The position numbers and the translations under genes were made by a program. 52,904 bases of DNA. Origin: a virus (lineage: Duplodnaviria > Caudoviricetes). A model generated the notes under the pieces. That model worked only from the letters and a program-made list of their open reading frames with translations. It did no database searches and was not told where the DNA came from. This document shows positions 33,489 to 43,876 of the stretch, piece after piece; the first letter of the stretch is position 1; every line of letters starts with the position of its first letter. The stretch is from positions 1-52,904 of the IMG/VR virus record IMGVR_UViG_3300025585_000055. The stretch is one strand, 5' to 3'.

Positions 33489-35149
33489 TGCAACCACAAG
33501 GTTTGGCAGCGCTGATGCCGCAAGGGCAACCGGCACCGCAAATGAACAACCCTCGGCTTGCCGCCGCAATGGACGTTGTGACCAGTGACGCCGAGGAGAA
33601 CATCCTCGACCCGCGCACGTTGGCGATGCTGAAGTACAAAGACGCCGTGCAGGCGATGCAAGCGGCTGACCAGATGATGGCAGCAGCACAGCCTCAACCC
33701 ATGCCCCCTACCGTTGCTGAGCGCACTCGGCTCGCCGCCGAGCAGGGTATTGCCGGCCTTGCCGCACGTTTGTCTCCCGGGGTTCAACAGCGCGGCGCAC
33801 AGATTGCTGCGCAGCAGGGCGCAGGTGGTTTGCCTCAAATCGCAGCGCCGAATATGGCGCGTATGGCGGGTGGCGGGATTGTTGCGTTTGCGCAGGGTGG
33901 TGGGCCGATTGGCAGTGCCTACGTGGACCCTGTGACAGGAGAGCCGCTTTCAGCCGCCGAACGCGTCGCTTTGTTGCGCGACAAACTGGTGGAGTCGCTG
34001 TTTGGTAAACCTAAAGAAGGGTTTACCGGGCCTCTCACAAAAGAACAATTTGAAGAGCGAAACCTAAGGAACGCGCCGGGGGCTCCTTTGCTTGAGGATT
34101 TGCCAGTACCGTTTGCAACATCAGGTGCGTCGGAGGAGCCCACATTGCCCCGTGGTCTCGGCGTTACCAGCATTATGCCCGGTGGCGTAGCTCGTTCTGT
34201 TGAAACACCGCAAACTGCCGCAGCTCCGACGCCAAGCGAGATCGAATCGGTACTAACCCGTATGCAAGCCCCAGAGGCACAACAAGTACGCAGGGCTACT
34301 ACGGGCGAAGCGTCAGGACTTGAAGCACTACTGCGCAAGCAGTTGGAAGCACAGCTGCAGCCGGGGTTTGCTGACGAAAGGGGCAAAGCTATTGAAGATC
34401 GCGCCGCCACTGCCTACGCAGTGCCGCAAGAGATGCGGGAACTTATCGAAGCGCGAATCGCGCAAACCGGAAAACCAGAGTTTTCCCCGGAAGAGCTGCG
34501 TGACCGACGTATTCAGGCGTGGCTGCAGGGGTTGGCGAGTTCACCATTCATTGCCCAAAGCGGTGTTGCTGCGGCGCAAGGCCGCGAAGCTGTGATGGAG
34601 CGTAGCCGTCAGGACGCAAGGGAGCGAGCAGACCAACAATTTGAACTTGCGTATAACCTTATGAACACTGATCGTGAAGCGTCAATCAACGCATTCAAAG
34701 ACGGATTGGCAGCTTCTGACCGGGCAATGGCACAAGTGACAGGGGCCGTACAATCGGCTGCGGGAATGATCAGCTCAGAGCTGACCCGAGAGCAGGCTGC
34801 GCTGATCCAAGAGTCTCAGAACAACATGGAGGCACTGAAAGCGCAAGCTGCTGCGGTTGAAGCCGACTTGGCTCGTGGTCAGAAAAACACAGAACGTCTG
34901 ACCGCTTTCTACTCCAGCCTTGTAGATGAGTCTGATAACCTTGCCCGGGCAATTGCCAACATCAGCGCAGATACGACGCTTATTGCATCTCCGGAGGTTC
35001 AGACATTGATCACAGAACTCACCGCGCAGAAAGCACTGGTCGATGAAATGAAAAACGCTGCCCGTCTGCAAAGCGGGGACGTGGTGGGCGTTGATGTTCT
35101 TAGCCCAGAAGGCAGAGCCGCACTTGCGAGATACGGCCGGCAACAGTGA
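33485..35149 (+). CDS. Putative DNA ejection protein (554 aa)
   Basis: A/Q-rich helical sequence; MAGGGIVAFAQGG motif. Confidence 0.6.
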   Translation: MMQPQGLAALMPQGQPAPQMNNPRLAAAMDVVTSDAEENILDPRTLAMLKYKDAVQAMQAADQMMAAAQPQPMPPTVAERTRLAAEQGIAGLAARLSPGVQQRGAQIAAQQGAGGLPQIAAPNMARMAGGGIVAFAQGGGPIGSAYVDPVTGEPLSAAERVALLRDKLVESLFGKPKEGFTGPLTKEQFEERNLRNAPGAPLLEDLPVPFATSGASEEPTLPRGLGVTSIMPGGVARSVETPQTAAAPTPSEIESVLTRMQAPEAQQVRRATTGEASGLEALLRKQLEAQLQPGFADERGKAIEDRAATAYAVPQEMRELIEARIAQTGKPEFSPEELRDRRIQAWLQGLASSPFIAQSGVAAAQGREAVMERSRQDARERADQQFELAYNLMNTDREASINAFKDGLAASDRAMAQVTGAVQSAAGMISSELTREQAALIQESQNNMEALKAQAAAVEADLARGQKNTERLTAFYSSLVDESDNLARAIANISADTTLIASPEVQTLITELTAQKALVDEMKNAARLQSGDVVGVDVLSPEGRAALARYGRQQ

Positions 35150-35160
35150 GAGCCCAATAA

Positions 35161-38100
35161 ATGGCAACGATTCGAGAGCTTGAAGCGGCGCTGATCAACG
35201 CAGACAGAGCTGGAGACACGCAGGCAGCCACTGCGCTGGCCGCAGAGATCGACAGACTGCTCGGTAGAGTTGTGCCAGCAGCTGCGCCGGAACCAGCCCC
35301 GGTCGAGCGCACGTTCATGGGCCAAGCGGGTGAATTGCTCAAAGGCATCCCTCGCGGTGCGATCAGCCTCGGGGAAACCGCAGCTATCGGTGCCAGCGCA
35401 CTGCTGCCTGACGAAGAAGAATCCTACCTGCGCGAAATTATCTCTGGCGCTGCGGAACGCGCTGCGTCCCCGTTCCAACGCAAACCCGGTTATGAAGACA
35501 GCATGGCGGGCACGTTTGGTGAGGTCGCCGGTAGCTTCCTCCCGCTTATGGCGACAGGGGCGCTGGGGTTGGCCGGGAGAGCCGCCGCCACAGGTTTGGC
35601 CGGCGCAGCCGGCGCAGGTACCGCAAGAACACGAGCGGAGCAGGGTGGAGCCACGCCTGAAGAACGTGCAAAAGCAACTGCGCTCGGTACTGCTGTTGGT
35701 CTGAGTGAAGTTCTCGTGCCATTCAGGATACTTGATAACGCACTCGACGCCACGGCGGCCACCACCATATTCAACCGAATCAAGCGGGCGGGGATCACCG
35801 GCGGCGCGGAAGGTGCGCAGGAAGCCGCTGCTGAAGTGGCGCAGAACCTCATCGAGAAGGGCCTTTATGACCCAGAGCAGGGTGTGTTTGTTGGAACCGG
35901 CGAGTCTTTCGGTTACGGCGCTGGGGTAGGCGGACTTGTGCAAGGTCTGTTCGACCTGTTTGTAAAGGACCGTTCGGCTGCTGGGGCACCACCTCCTGCG
36001 GAAGAACCGACAACTCTGACCGAGGAGCAGCAGCAAGCTGGCGATCTCTTCCCGGAAGAACTTGAAGCAGCGACCAGCGATGAGCAAATGGTTGCGGCCG
36101 CAATGGCTCGCCGGCAGGCACAAGAAGAAAACGATCTCGCACTACGTGAGGAGGACGCTGAGGCAGCGGAACTGCAAGGTCAGGAGCAGCTGGACATGTT
36201 CACGCCGCTCACCGACGCCGATCTGGACAAAGCAGGCGTGCCCAAAGCTGCCCCAGTGCGAAAGCGCGTAAAAGGAAACCCCGACGCAGCGAAGGTGAAA
36301 GCCGAGCTGACGACGTTTGCCAAGAACACCAACGTGACGCCAGAGGTTGCTGCGGCGGTCACTGCTGTAGCGGATAGTATTCCTGTGGCTGCGCCAGTTG
36401 TTGAAGAGGCGGCCCCCGCGGCAGAAGCCCCACCCATTGCTCCAGAGAACACTGTGGAAGCGGTATGGGCAAACAAAGATTTTGATCAACCGATGTTTGT
36501 GTACAACGAACCTCCCGCTATACGGGAGGGTGTTCAGTATTCTCGCGCTCGTGGCCCGGTAGAAACTGCGCCTGTCGTTGTTGAGGAAGCCGCCCAAGCC
36601 CCTGCGGCCCCGGTAGAAACCGTCACGCCCGCAGAAGAAGCCGCCGCAGCGGAAGTTGCGCCTATGACGCCAGCTAAGCGGCTAGATTTGGCTAGGCTTT
36701 ATTCAGCGTTATCAGAAACACCTCAACAAGATGTGTTTTTCGCCCTTAAGGAGATTGAAGCCGCTGGGCTTAACATCGAGGCCATGCCAACTACCACTGC
36801 GGTGTCGGCTATTCGGTACGTTGCACGAGGTGGGGACCCAAAAACTATAGGTGCCGGGGCAACCGCGCCCGCTCCCGCTGTGGAAACTACCACACCCCCC
36901 GAAGCCCCGGTAGAAACTGCGCCTATCGCCACGGCGGAGCCGGCACAAGCGACGTACCCGGACCAAGACATCCGAAGCGCTGCGAAAGAGCTGCAGCTGG
37001 ACGACATGCCGGCCAAGGGAAAAGCCACGCAGTGGCTGGGCAATCTCAGAACGTCTGACCCTGAAACGTACAACCGGGTTGTTGCGCAGATCGAAGGTCC
37101 CGCCCTCAACGCCGTACAGCCAAAACGCGAAGAGGCCGCCAGCATCCCAGCTAACCAGCGAATCATGCAGCTGGTCGAGCAGGGCGCGACTCCGGCGCAA
37201 ATACTGCGTGCGATCACACAGGACAAAGACCTCCCGCAAGCGCTGCGAGACATGGCCGCTCAGATGCTGCGCGTCGCGCCGAACATCAATGTGCCTGTGA
37301 TTTCCAAGCGCTACGATGACCCGAGCGTCGTCGGCGAGTACGTGCACCCGTCCAAGGGTGACGAGGCGATCTATCTCGACCCACGAGCCGAATCGGTTGC
37401 GCAGACGTTTGTGCACGAGTTCATTCACGCTGCGACTGTAAATGGTATTGCCCGGGGGGTACCGGCCGGCAGACGCCTGAAAGAGATGTTCGACGCGTAC
37501 AAGGCCGCCACACCGGAGGCCGACACTTACGGGCTGACAAATGTGTACGAGTTCGTCGCCGAGGCACTGACAAACCCTAAGTTCCAAGTCGAGCTCAAGA
37601 GCCGCAACCTCAAGGGCGCCAAGAAGTCCTACTGGGACTCATTCGTCGACTTCGTGAAGAACATCCTCGGCATCCAGCAACGTGGACCGCTGGAAGAAAT
37701 CCTCGACCTGACAAAAGACTTGGCAGTGCAGCAAGACAAAGTGTGGCAAGCAGCCGAGCAGGCTCTTACTGACCAGACCCCCGCAGCCAACGTGCGCTTC
37801 CTGAATGTGCAGGGCGCACAGCTTAACTCCACCTCCAAGCCAATGAAGTCGAAGCCGGTGCGCGAAACCATTGCCAAAGTGATGGGGACCACTGCTGGGG
37901 CAGCCACCTCAAATGCTGCAAGAAAAGTTCTGACATGGGGTCTCCCTTTGCCGGCGCTTAATGATTATGTGCAGTCGTATATGCGAAAAAAAGGCGCGGC
38001 GTACGTGCCATTTGCCGACGCCATGAAGCGTTACACCGAGACTGCTGTCAAGTTCGAGGGGGCAATGCGTGAGTTTGTCGACTCCATCACAGCCCAAATT

Positions 38101-40629
38101 TCTCGGATGGGGGACTGGAAAGTAAAGAACCCTGATAAGTACGCGGCGATGACCGAGCTGTACTTTGGCGGGTCTCATGCACGAGTTGACCTGACTAAGC
38201 AGGAAAGTGACTACGCCGGTAACGCCGAGAAACTCGCTGCATACCGCAAGCTGAAGAAGCACTTTGACGCCCTTGGGCCGAGTGGGCAGGCAATCTATCG
38301 GCAGATGCGGGCTATCCATAACCGTCAGTTCAAGCAAATTTCTCAACAGGTGTTTGATCGGGTATACGCCGAAACAAAAGACAAAGATATGGCTACCCGC
38401 GTCAGGAACGCGTTCACCGAACAGATGCGCGAAAAGGGTCCGCTGGAAGGCTATGCACCGATGCTTCGCCCAAGCGGCAAGCACATGCTCAAGTACACCG
38501 ATAAAAACGGTGAGCCCGCGTTTGAGATATTCACGAACCCCAACGATCTGGCAGCTCGTCAACAGCAGCTCATCGAAGACGGGGTTAGCGAGAAAGACAT
38601 CAAGCCGTTCTTGGGTGCAAATCTGCAGACATTCGACGGCGTGGTTCCGTCCAGCTTCCTTGGGAAGCTCGTCACTACACTTAAAGAAGGTAAAGCCGAC
38701 GAAGCTCTTATCGAATCCGTGATGACCCTTGGCGTGGCGATGTCACCGACAAACGCGGTCATGGAGCGGTTGGCGTCAAGAAAAGAGATCGCAGGTTATG
38801 TGCGCGATCCGTTCTGGGCCTTCCAAGAGGGTACCGTCGGTCTCGGCCGCAAGCTAATCAATTTGGAGTACGGTGCCAAATTGAATAAAGAGCTGCGTGA
38901 TATGCAGGCTGCTAGAGAGAACGTTATCAACGACCCGACGGCACTGTCCATCGTCGAAGATGTCGAGAAACGCGCGCAGTACGCAGCAAACCCCAGTCAA
39001 AGCTGGTGGTCGAATCTGTTCACAACCGGCACATACGGCTGGACGCTGGGCTTCAACGTGTCTTCTGCGATAGTTGATATGTCGTCACTTGTGCTGGTCA
39101 CTGGCCCTTACCTGACGAAGACGTACGGGTTCAGAAAGACTCACCGTGCCATGATGGCAGCGGCGAAAGACATACTCGGCATGGGCACAACCGCTGACGT
39201 GGAAACACTGGTGACGCAAGGGTTGGAAGGCGACGCACTCAAGGAAGCGCTGGACACGCTTGGCGTGAAAAACCGCGACATGGTGCGAAGGAAGACCATA
39301 CCGTCGATGCTGAACATCGACTTCAACGATCCAGCGCAGCAGAAGAAGTACGGCTACCTTAAGCCGCTGGTGGACAAACTGCGAGAGGCCGGGCACTCCG
39401 AGCGGTACTCCGAACTGTCTGAATCGGCCGAGTTTGGTGAGAGTAATCGTCTGTCCAAATGGTCAGCGCGTATGGGTTTCATGATGAACGCCAGTGAGCG
39501 GTTCAAGCGAGAGACGGGCCTGAAAACGGCATACGACTTGGCGCTGTCCGAGTTCGGCGCGAATCCCACCGCGGAGCAAATGGTAGAGGCAGCACAGAAA
39601 GCCATGGACATGAGCCTGCTGCTCAACGGCGGGTCAACGGCAGTGACCGGTGCCCGGTTCCAGCAGAATGATATTGCCCGGATTGCGTTCATGTATCGCC
39701 GGTTTGCCGCGCTGCAGATGTACCTGCAAACAAAGACCGCATACGACGCCACCCTGAATGACGACCCCGATGTACGCAAGGCCGCCAGAAAGTTTGCAGC
39801 GTGGACCATGTTGACTTCAGCTGCGCTGGTCGGTGTCAAAGGGATGCCGATGATGGGGGCAGTTGCCGGCTTGTGGGCCATCTATGGTGCGATGTTCGGG
39901 GAAGAGGATGAGGACAACTCCTTGGACAACTTCCTGCGCACAAACTTGGACCCGATCGTCGTGGAAGGTATCCCGAACCTCCTGTTCAACGCCAACGTGG
40001 CCGGCCGAATGGAGATGACAAATCTGCTGATCCGGGACTCCAACCTGCCGAATGACGCGACGCTGGCGGATATTGTAATGGCGCACTTTGGTGGTCCGGC
40101 GTACGGTTCCATCAGCAGGGCTTATCGAGGCGCACAGTTGTTGGCAGACGGCGAAGTTCAGCGAGGGGTTGAAAGTATGCTCCCGGCGTCGTTCTCCAAC
40201 ATATTCAAGTCCGTGCGCTTCTTGTCTGAAGGTGCCATAGAGACGCTGCGCGGTGACGCTGTTACAGAGGTCAACCCGTTCGGCGCACTGGCGCAGGCGC
40301 TGGGTTTCGCCCCTGCCGATTACGCACGAGCCATGGACTTCAACGTCGCCGATTCCAATGCAGAGCGTCGGATCAAGAGCCGCAGAACGAGCCTGTACGA
40401 AGCGGTCTATACCGCATACCGAGTGGGGGATTCCTCCGGTGTTGCGCAAGCGATGCAGAAGATCATTGAGTTCAACCAGCGGTACCCCGAGTGGGCTATA
40501 ACGTCTGAAGGGTTGCGGCAGTCAGTCCGCGGTCGAGACAGAAACACTAGAGACATGGTCATGGGCAGGTTGCCCGATGCCAGAGTCCGTGACGCTACGC
40601 TGGAAAGAGCAGAGGATTGGGGCTTCTAA
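35161..40629 (+). CDS. Large ejection/polyvalent protein (1822 aa) with a zincin-like metallopeptidase motif
   Basis: Last and largest structural gene; FVHEFIHAAT plus downstream YEFVAEA; A/P/E-rich linker. Confidence 0.7.
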   Translation: MATIRELEAALINADRAGDTQAATALAAEIDRLLGRVVPAAAPEPAPVERTFMGQAGELLKGIPRGAISLGETAAIGASALLPDEEESYLREIISGAAERAASPFQRKPGYEDSMAGTFGEVAGSFLPLMATGALGLAGRAAATGLAGAAGAGTARTRAEQGGATPEERAKATALGTAVGLSEVLVPFRILDNALDATAATTIFNRIKRAGITGGAEGAQEAAAEVAQNLIEKGLYDPEQGVFVGTGESFGYGAGVGGLVQGLFDLFVKDRSAAGAPPPAEEPTTLTEEQQQAGDLFPEELEAATSDEQMVAAAMARRQAQEENDLALREEDAEAAELQGQEQLDMFTPLTDADLDKAGVPKAAPVRKRVKGNPDAAKVKAELTTFAKNTNVTPEVAAAVTAVADSIPVAAPVVEEAAPAAEAPPIAPENTVEAVWANKDFDQPMFVYNEPPAIREGVQYSRARGPVETAPVVVEEAAQAPAAPVETVTPAEEAAAAEVAPMTPAKRLDLARLYSALSETPQQDVFFALKEIEAAGLNIEAMPTTTAVSAIRYVARGGDPKTIGAGATAPAPAVETTTPPEAPVETAPIATAEPAQATYPDQDIRSAAKELQLDDMPAKGKATQWLGNLRTSDPETYNRVVAQIEGPALNAVQPKREEAASIPANQRIMQLVEQGATPAQILRAITQDKDLPQALRDMAAQMLRVAPNINVPVISKRYDDPSVVGEYVHPSKGDEAIYLDPRAESVAQTFVHEFIHAATVNGIARGVPAGRRLKEMFDAYKAATPEADTYGLTNVYEFVAEALTNPKFQVELKSRNLKGAKKSYWDSFVDFVKNILGIQQRGPLEEILDLTKDLAVQQDKVWQAAEQALTDQTPAANVRFLNVQGAQLNSTSKPMKSKPVRETIAKVMGTTAGAATSNAARKVLTWGLPLPALNDYVQSYMRKKGAAYVPFADAMKRYTETAVKFEGAMREFVDSITAQISRMGDWKVKNPDKYAAMTELYFGGSHARVDLTKQESDYAGNAEKLAAYRKLKKHFDALGPSGQAIYRQMRAIHNRQFKQISQQVFDRVYAETKDKDMATRVRNAFTEQMREKGPLEGYAPMLRPSGKHMLKYTDKNGEPAFEIFTNPNDLAARQQQLIEDGVSEKDIKPFLGANLQTFDGVVPSSFLGKLVTTLKEGKADEALIESVMTLGVAMSPTNAVMERLASRKEIAGYVRDPFWAFQEGTVGLGRKLINLEYGAKLNKELRDMQAARENVINDPTALSIVEDVEKRAQYAANPSQSWWSNLFTTGTYGWTLGFNVSSAIVDMSSLVLVTGPYLTKTYGFRKTHRAMMAAAKDILGMGTTADVETLVTQGLEGDALKEALDTLGVKNRDMVRRKTIPSMLNIDFNDPAQQKKYGYLKPLVDKLREAGHSERYSELSESAEFGESNRLSKWSARMGFMMNASERFKRETGLKTAYDLALSEFGANPTAEQMVEAAQKAMDMSLLLNGGSTAVTGARFQQNDIARIAFMYRRFAALQMYLQTKTAYDATLNDDPDVRKAARKFAAWTMLTSAALVGVKGMPMMGAVAGLWAIYGAMFGEEDEDNSLDNFLRTNLDPIVVEGIPNLLFNANVAGRMEMTNLLIRDSNLPNDATLADIVMAHFGGPAYGSISRAYRGAQLLADGEVQRGVESMLPASFSNIFKSVRFLSEGAIETLRGDAVTEVNPFGALAQALGFAPADYARAMDFNVADSNAERRIKSRRTSLYEAVYTAYRVGDSSGVAQAMQKIIEFNQRYPEWAITSEGLRQSVRGRDRNTRDMVMGRLPDARVRDATLERAEDWGF

Positions 40630-40669
40630 AAATACCCCGGCAGCATTAAGGGAGTTTGTCTGCCGGGGT
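40628..40669 (-). terminator. Hairpin between convergent operons, ACCCCGGCAG-N16-CTGCCGGGGT
   Basis: 10-bp stem followed by ATTTTT on the minus strand. Confidence 0.6.
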
Positions 40670-40697
40670 TCCGTAAGTAACAACCGTGGCAAGTCTA

Positions 40698-40901
40698 TCA
40701 GGCCAGTCGCCAGAATCGAACCCCTTGCAGTTTATTCTCCACCCGGCAGCGGTGATCGCAGACCCAGCCTTTGCTTTGTGCAATCTCGTAAAACTGCGCC
40801 ACGGCTTCCACCATGTCAATGCAAGGGACGAACACGGAGCATCCGGGGTCAAAGGTTTTCCAGTTCACCACCATGCGTAAACCGTCGGGGGCCAAGTCCA
40901 T
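40698..40901 (-). CDS. Small putative DNA-binding protein (SVFVP...GVRFWRLA)
   Basis: Follows the primase-helicase; start uncertain (40901 or further upstream). Confidence 0.65.
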   Translation of the reverse strand: MDLAPDGLRMVVNWKTFDPGCSVFVPCIDMVEAVAQFYEIAQSKGWVCDHRCRVENKLQGVRFWRLA

Positions 40902-40917
40902 GGCAACCCCGCGGTGC

Positions 40918-43800
40918 TCATTCTTCCTCGGTTTTCTGGGCGTTATTGACGACTTCATCTTCAGTCCCTGCGTCGCTAAGCCACGACGCTCCCTGCAGCA
41001 TAAGCACGCTCACCGGCGGCAGATTCAACTTTGTGCCTTTACCCATGCGCTTGGAAACCACCTTCGCGCCGCACGGCATGGTGCGCAGCTCTCGAATCAC
41101 CCCGTTATAGTCGATCTGTCTGTCTGCACACCATGCCCTGAAAGGCTTTGGCATCAAGTACAGCGTGTTGCTGTCGGTCTCCAACCGGCCGAGCAGCGCG
41201 ACGCGAGGCATTGCTTCCGGCACAACCAGATGGTCCAGCACATCTGCCCGACTACTATTATCGGCACGGCCGTCGCTTGAATCCCGGATTCGCAGGAAGT
41301 CGTTCACGTTGGCATAGAAATAGTCGCTGACCACTTGCGTGGCGTCGTGGTTGTACATATTGACGTCTTCTTCCTTGTACTCGCGCAGGTAGTTCACCAC
41401 CCAGTCAATCAGCGCTTTGACATCGTATTTTATGTACTTGAGGCGCTTGGCAATCAGTAGCCCTGTAATCACGCACGCAGCTTGCGCTGACCAGAATCGG
41501 TTTTGCGCAGTGAGCCCGGCACGGGCATCGATGCTCATCTGAACGCTGACCAGCAGCTTCTGGATTTCGTCGACGTTGTTCATGATGTACTGCAGGTACG
41601 GTATCGCCGCGTGCCCGAAGTGCAGCTCGATGGATTTTGCCAGCGCATCGGTGTCGTGCTTGGCAAGGTTCTTTTTCTGCGGAGAGAACTCCAGCACACG
41701 TTGCATCTCTGCCTTCGGTGCGTCCTTGTAGGAGTTCACCTTGGAGATGAGGCTGGCGTTGCCGGTTGTGACGCAGATGAAGCTCCATGGGTCCCCGCGC
41801 CAGCGGGATGAGTTAGCACCTTGGGCCAATCGGCCGCGCTGCTTACCGCTGGGAATCTGGTAGATAAAATCGCTGGTGTCCTTCGGGTGCATATTGGTCA
41901 ACTCGTCGCAATAAAGCGGCAAGTCCTTGATGACCTCTGCGTAGTTCATCTTGTCGTTGTAAGTATCACGCTCGAACTTCACGAACTTCGCCGGGTCGGC
42001 CCACAGACTGGCGGCTGCCAGCAGCGCCGTGGTCTTACCGTAACCTGAGTCCTTGGTGTGAAAGTGGAAGATTGACCCCTTGATAGCTGTCATCTTGGTC
42101 AACACAGAGCCGAATGCTGTGCCAATAATGTATTGGTACGACTCAAACCCCGGCTTGTTGAAGAACTCCAAATTATTCTTCCATTCGTCCATAGCCCCCT
42201 GCGGTTCAAACATTGGGAAGAAGTGGGACGTCTTGCTCGATGGTGCGTTAAGCTCCACACGGTCCGGCAGCACGCGGGCGCGACCCAGCGTAAAGCTGGA
42301 AAACTCATCGTCAGTCCAGCCGAATTGTCTGCGGCTCAAGTCCGCAGCGGAAGTGTGCTCCAGATTGGAGACCCATTTTATAACGTAACTCATTAATGCC
42401 TCCCAGTGTGCGGTTGTGGCAACCGCCACGCTGTTTCTCGACAGGTACTTTCGCAGCTCGTCCCGAGCCGTCGCCGCGTACATAGGCACCGTAAACTCTT
42501 TCACTCCGTCATACGGCAGGTGCACCCGTATCACAATTGACGCGCCTTCCTCGGGGTCTTCCACGCGTCGCAGAACATACAGATCGTGCTCATACACCAG
42601 CATTTCAACTGCATCCCCTTCCCGGTTCTCGGTCTCGATGTACACGCCGCCGTTCTTTCCGCGGAAGTAAGGGGCAGGGTATTTAGGTATTGTGTACGCC
42701 TGCAGTTCAACAGTCTTCATCTGCTCAGGGCGGTCAAACACAACGTTATCTTCGTCCTGCGCCCGAATAATCTCCTTGCCCAGCTGAATCGGCGACGTCA
42801 GTTTGCCGTTGTTGGGGCACTTATCACAAAGCCCGGGGTTCATGCTGTCAAATGTCGCGCAGTGATAGGGGCCTGCGGTCAGCTTGGCTTTCTTCTGAGT
42901 CTCCTCCGGGTCGTACTTCGGGTGCTTGCGAGAGATAATGTGAATAGCTTTGTCGCCGTCCACGCAGTTCACCGCAATAGACAGCCCGCCACGCCACAGC
43001 GGCTCTTCGACGTCTGCTTGGTTTGTTGTGATGTTGACCAGTTGCAGGCAGCCGCGCCCCTTGGCGCTCTTCTCAAGAATGGTTTTGAATCGGCTGGTGG
43101 CATTTCCCATCAGGGACGCCATCATGGGGTCAGCTGCGTTTGTACGCGCCTTCTTCGGCGGCACCTCGCCTTCTGGCACGTAGTGATCCAGAATCGCTTT
43201 GAACTTATCCAGCGACATCGCCGGCTCTAAATCCGCAAGCACCGCTACGTTCTTCGGCGGGCTGTCCTTATGGTTACGTGTCCCCGGGCAGCGCAGCACC
43301 CGTGCGCAGTCAGCCGGTACAACCGGGTCAATGTTAAGCCCGTGGTTCATGCACATTTGCTTGAAGCGAAGCGCGAGCGGGTGCCACTCCCTCTTCGGCA
43401 TGTCCTCGTCCATTGCCCAGTACACGTGCAGCCCGCGACCGGAGTTCACCATCGTGGGTTTCGGAAGCTGGTGTGTTTGGCAGAACACGCGCACGGCCTT
43501 TACCGCCGCTTGCTGTGTCGGAAAACCTTTGTCGCCTTTGTCCTTGCCACAGTCCAGATCAAGAAAAAACGAGCGCAGCTTCTCTGCGTTATCCGCGGTA
43601 CGTTTACCCTCGGAAAGAAAAGACGCCAACGCGAAGTACACGTCGTGGTCGGTTTCATCAAGCTCCTGTGCGTATTCCCCCATGTCTGCAAGAGACGAAA
43701 AGAACTTTTGCGTGAGCTGCTTTTGACCGGCCTTGACGGCAAATATGCAGTAGTGCTGCCCCTCGGCGAGCACATGTTCTAAGAATTTTAGTGCGCCCAT
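40918..43800 (-). CDS. Primase-helicase: AEP/RepB-like primase, Cys-rich linker, DUF927-type helicase
   Basis: FFLDLD, VNSGRGLHVYW and RVLRCPGT primase motifs; Walker A SGYGKTT and Walker B LYCDE. Start set to ATG 43800. Confidence 0.85.
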   Translation of the reverse strand: MGALKFLEHVLAEGQHYCIFAVKAGQKQLTQKFFSSLADMGEYAQELDETDHDVYFALASFLSEGKRTADNAEKLRSFFLDLDCGKDKGDKGFPTQQAAVKAVRVFCQTHQLPKPTMVNSGRGLHVYWAMDEDMPKREWHPLALRFKQMCMNHGLNIDPVVPADCARVLRCPGTRNHKDSPPKNVAVLADLEPAMSLDKFKAILDHYVPEGEVPPKKARTNAADPMMASLMGNATSRFKTILEKSAKGRGCLQLVNITTNQADVEEPLWRGGLSIAVNCVDGDKAIHIISRKHPKYDPEETQKKAKLTAGPYHCATFDSMNPGLCDKCPNNGKLTSPIQLGKEIIRAQDEDNVVFDRPEQMKTVELQAYTIPKYPAPYFRGKNGGVYIETENREGDAVEMLVYEHDLYVLRRVEDPEEGASIVIRVHLPYDGVKEFTVPMYAATARDELRKYLSRNSVAVATTAHWEALMSYVIKWVSNLEHTSAADLSRRQFGWTDDEFSSFTLGRARVLPDRVELNAPSSKTSHFFPMFEPQGAMDEWKNNLEFFNKPGFESYQYIIGTAFGSVLTKMTAIKGSIFHFHTKDSGYGKTTALLAAASLWADPAKFVKFERDTYNDKMNYAEVIKDLPLYCDELTNMHPKDTSDFIYQIPSGKQRGRLAQGANSSRWRGDPWSFICVTTGNASLISKVNSYKDAPKAEMQRVLEFSPQKKNLAKHDTDALAKSIELHFGHAAIPYLQYIMNNVDEIQKLLVSVQMSIDARAGLTAQNRFWSAQAACVITGLLIAKRLKYIKYDVKALIDWVVNYLREYKEEDVNMYNHDATQVVSDYFYANVNDFLRIRDSSDGRADNSSRADVLDHLVVPEAMPRVALLGRLETDSNTLYLMPKPFRAWCADRQIDYNGVIRELRTMPCGAKVVSKRMGKGTKLNLPPVSVLMLQGASWLSDAGTEDEVVNNAQKTEEE

Positions 43801-43828
43801 ATCCCACCAGCGATCTCTAGAGACGACA

Positions 43829-43848
43829 AGGGGCGCCGGAGCGCCCCC
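43829..43848 (-). terminator. GC hairpin GGGGCGC-TCCG-GCGCCCC after the SSB-like gene
   Basis: 7-bp stem; weak U tract. Confidence 0.4.
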
Positions 43849-43876
43849 GCCTAAAGTATGCACAGTCTATTTGGGA

